From positions 1,989-65,988 of the forward strand of contig DASZRT010000054.1 in assembly GCA_035549075.1 (NCBI GenBank): a DNA stretch of 64,000 bases, written 5' to 3'. Of the stretch, positions 61,442 through 64,000 are shown one piece after another. A model generated the notes under the pieces. That model did no database searches and was not told the DNA's origin. It was given only the letters and a program-made list of their open reading frames with translations. This DNA comes from Polyangia bacterium (lineage in GTDB: Bacteria; Myxococcota_A; Polyangia; Fen-1088). A program made the translations under genes and the position numbers. The number at the start of each line of letters is the position of its first letter. Position 1 is the first letter of the stretch.

Positions 61442-62053
61442 ATGAGCTTCGAGCGCGCCGCGAGCCTTCGCGAGCTGTGGGTGGGCGAGCTTCGCAGCGT
61501 CGCCGTCGGCGGCACGCCCGTGCTGCTCGTGCGATTGCCTGACGGCGTGCGCGCCTACGAGGATCGCTGCGCGCACAAAGGCGTCGCGCTCAGCGCGGGT
61601 CGCCTCGCCGGCACGGTGCTGACGTGCGGCGCGCACGAGTGGCAGTACGACGTCGCGACGGGCGCGGGCGTCAACCCCGCGCGCGTGTGCCTGCGCGCCT
61701 TCGACGTTCGCGTCGACGGCGACGACGTGCTCGTCGACGTCGGCGTCGTTCGACCGACGCTCGCGGGCCCGCGCCCCACCGACGACGTCGGCCCCGTCTT
61801 GCAAGAGGGCCCCGAGGCGCGCGCGATCGTCGCGGCGATCCGCCGCCTCAACGCCGACGTGCGCGTGCTCGATCGCGGCGCCTACGTGCGCGTGTCGTGC
61901 CCGCGCCGCTGTGTCGTCACGCGCGCCGCCGTCGAGGCCGAGCTGGGCCGGCCCTTCCGCCTGCCGCGCGATCTCGAGCTCGTCGTCTCGGCGTTCAAGG
62001 GGCGCTTCCACGTCTCGGAAGAGGAGGCCACGTGGGAGCTCGGCGAGGCGTGA
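61442..62053 (+). CDS. Rieske [2Fe-2S] ferredoxin (TmoC-like) fused to MmoB/DmpM effector (TmoD-like) domain
   Basis: 203 aa. The N-terminal 100 aa carry CAH...CGAHEW Rieske ligands and TmoC-like MSFE..SL..WVGE. The C-terminal 90 aa (GPVLQEG...DRGAYVRV...ELGRPFRL..LE...SAFKG) align by eye with TmoD. Confidence 0.75.
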   Translation: MSFERAASLRELWVGELRSVAVGGTPVLLVRLPDGVRAYEDRCAHKGVALSAGRLAGTVLTCGAHEWQYDVATGAGVNPARVCLRAFDVRVDGDDVLVDVGVVRPTLAGPRPTDDVGPVLQEGPEARAIVAAIRRLNADVRVLDRGAYVRVSCPRRCVVTRAAVEAELGRPFRLPRDLELVVSAFKGRFHVSEEEATWELGEA

Positions 62054-63015
62054 CGGGCGAGGCGTTGCGGACCTACTCGCACCTCGCCGACGCGCGCCGC
62101 GTGCCGACCGAGTACGAGATCGGGACGTCGCGCCTCCTCTACTACGGCGAGCGCGGCTTCGAGGTCGACGTGCCCATCGCCGGGTGGTACGCGCGCCATC
62201 AAGCCGGCTCGCGCTGGCACCCCATCGACTGGGAGCGCTTCGCCGACCCGCGCGAGACGACGTACGCCGCCTACACGCGCGCGCAGGCCGCGAAGGAGGC
62301 CTTCGTCGACGGCGTGCTGCGCACGATCGACGAGTCGCCGTACGATCGTGAGCTGTCGCCGACGGCGCGCGCGCTGCTCGACCGCACGATCGCGCCGCTG
62401 CGCCACGTGTTCCACGCGCGCCAGATGATCGCGGCCTACGTCGGGTCGATGGCGCCGTCGGGGCGCATCGCCGTCGCCGCGCTCTTTCAGGCCGCCGACG
62501 AGCTGCGCCGCGTGCACCGCTTCGCCTACCGGCTCGCGCAGCTCCGCCGCGTCGACGCGGCGTTCGGCGCGGGCGCGCGCGCCGCGTTCGAGGGCGCGCC
62601 CGCGTGGCAGCCGCTGCGCCGCGTGCTCGAGCGCCTGCTCGTGACGTGGGACTGGGCCGAGGCGTTCGTCGCCCTCGACCTCGTGCTGGCGCCCGCGCTC
62701 GATCACCTCGTGTTCGTGGGCCTGCCCGCGATCGCGCGCGCGCGGGGCGACTTCCTGCTCGGGCAGATCGCCGCCTCGCTCGACGAAGACGCGCAGGGGC
62801 ACAAACAGTGGGTGCGTGCGCTCGCGCGCCTCGCCCACGCCGAGAGCGACGTCAACCGCGCGGCCACCGTCGATTGGATCGCCGCGTGGGCGCCCGAGGT
62901 CGACGCGGCGATCGAGGCGCTCGCGCCGCTGCTGACCGACGACGACGAGGCGACCGCCGCCGTCGCGGCGGCGCGCGCGGCCGCGGCGGCGTTTCGCGAC
63001 GAGGCGCTCGCGTGA
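62050..63015 (+). CDS. Soluble diiron monooxygenase beta subunit, TmoE-like
   Basis: About 321 aa from GTG 62050, with a GTGA overlap. Ferritin-like helical protein lacking the EXXH ligands, in the position of tmoE. Confidence 0.7.
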   Translation: MTGEALRTYSHLADARRVPTEYEIGTSRLLYYGERGFEVDVPIAGWYARHQAGSRWHPIDWERFADPRETTYAAYTRAQAAKEAFVDGVLRTIDESPYDRELSPTARALLDRTIAPLRHVFHARQMIAAYVGSMAPSGRIAVAALFQAADELRRVHRFAYRLAQLRRVDAAFGAGARAAFEGAPAWQPLRRVLERLLVTWDWAEAFVALDLVLAPALDHLVFVGLPAIARARGDFLLGQIAASLDEDAQGHKQWVRALARLAHAESDVNRAATVDWIAAWAPEVDAAIEALAPLLTDDDEATAAVAAARAAAAAFRDEALA

Positions 63016-64000
63016 CGACGACACTCGAGCTCCGCCTCGGCGAGGTCGAAGCGCGCTTCCGCACCATGGCCGACAGCGCGCCCGTGCTGCTGTGGATGGC
63101 CGACACCGACGCGCTCTGCACCTTCTTCAACCAGACGTGGCTCGACTTCACGGGTCGCACGCTCGAGCAAGAGTGGGGCGTCGGCTGGGCCGAGGGCGTT
63201 CACTTCGAGGACTTCCAGCGCTGCGTCGACACGTACATGGCCGCGTTCGCCGAGCGCCGCCCGTTCGAGATGGAGTACCGCCTGCGGCGCGCCGACGGCG
63301 CCTTCCGCTGGGTGCTCGATCGCGGCGCGCCCCGCTACGCGCCCGACGGCCGCTTCGCCGGCTACATCGGCTCGTGCGTCGACATCACGGACCGCAAGGA
63401 CCTCGAGCTCGATCTCGTGCGCGCCGTGCGCGTGCGCGACGAGTTCCTCTCGATCGCCTCGCACGAGCTGCGCACGCCGCTCACGGCGTTGCGCCTCCAG
63501 CTCGACGGCCTCGCGCGCTCGATCGAGCGCCAGCCGCAGCGCGACCTCGCCAACGGCCGCCTCGCCGCGAGCACGGGCGACGCGCTCTCGCAGGTCGAGC
63601 GCCTCACGACGCTCATCGAACGCCTGCTCGACATCTCGCGCTTCTCGGAGGGCCGCGTCACGCTCATGCCCGAGGACGTCGACCTCGTGGGCCTCGTGCG
63701 CGGCGTCGTCTCGGCCATGCGCGAGCCGGCGCGCGTCGCCGGCAGCACGCTGACGCTCACGGCGCCGGCGGCGCTCGCCGGCCGCTGGGATCGCATGCGC
63801 ATCGAGCAGGTCGTCACGAACCTCGTCACCAACGCCGTCAAGTTCGGCGGGCGCAAGCCCATCGAGCTCGACGTCGCCGCCGAGGCGGGCGGCGCGCGCG
63901 TCAGCGTGCGCGACCACGGCATCGGCATCGACGAGCAGGACCAGCGCCGCATCTTCGCGCGCTTCGAGCGCGGCGTGTCGGCGCGCCACTTCGGCGGCCT
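63012..64000 (+). CDS. PAS-domain sensor histidine kinase (3'-truncated by window end)
   Basis: Open frame from GTG 63012 (GTGA overlap with the beta subunit stop) to the window end; it is not in the ORF track because it has no stop. PAS block (ADSAPVLLWMAD...FRWVLDRG), H-box ASHELRTPL, N-box NLVTNAVKF. Confidence 0.8.
   Translation, partial: MTTTLELRLGEVEARFRTMADSAPVLLWMADTDALCTFFNQTWLDFTGRTLEQEWGVGWAEGVHFEDFQRCVDTYMAAFAERRPFEMEYRLRRADGAFRWVLDRGAPRYAPDGRFAGYIGSCVDITDRKDLELDLVRAVRVRDEFLSIASHELRTPLTALRLQLDGLARSIERQPQRDLANGRLAASTGDALSQVERLTTLIERLLDISRFSEGRVTLMPEDVDLVGLVRGVVSAMREPARVAGSTLTLTAPAALAGRWDRMRIEQVVTNLVTNAVKFGGRKPIELDVAAEAGGARVSVRDHGIGIDEQDQRRIFARFERGVSARHFGG

Overview
This is a very GC-rich chromosomal segment (about 70% G+C by eye). 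It is almost certainly from a myxobacterium (Myxococcota, Polyangia/Sorangiineae-like). The evidence for that is a MYXO-CTERM-type sorting tail, many lipobox lipoproteins with Gly/Thr-rich (TGGTTGAGG-like) linkers, a TPR-tailed Ser/Thr kinase paired with an ECF-like sigma factor, and DUF1592/DUF1552 pairs. I call about 58 CDS. I saw no rRNA, tRNA, CRISPR array, transposase or integrase. All calls come from reading the translated ORFs for family motifs and reading the DNA by eye, and start codons are best guesses.

Housekeeping content: CheB-like esterase plus hybrid kinase, erpA, a GlcD-like oxidase, nth, kamA, thiC, tolQRAB, ppx, amtB-glnK, msrBA and glgP.

Items worth a second look:
1. Two head-to-head paralogous circularly permuted ATP-grasp/alpha-E systems (30.9-38.5 kb). 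One carries a GAF/enzyme-I-like pseudoenzyme in the position where such clusters usually carry a transglutaminase-like protein. The matching DUF2126 giant protein is displaced 17 kb away.
2. A tandem-repeat 79-aa protein upstream of an ECF-like sigma gene and opposite a kinase with an anti-sigma zinc-finger motif (47.8-51.8 kb).
3. A toluene-4-monooxygenase-like diiron cluster with a Rieske-effector gene fusion, no reductase in view, and a translationally coupled PAS histidine kinase (59.7-64.0 kb).
4. A 1.8-kb low-GC island of three exported proteins (11.9-13.7 kb).
5. A conserved ~105-nt double-hairpin element placed 3-5 nt after two unrelated stop codons.
6. A triplet-periodic quasi-palindrome with mirror-image small ORFs (30.74-30.88 kb).
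7. A 273-nt amtB-glnK spacer with mutually exclusive hairpins.
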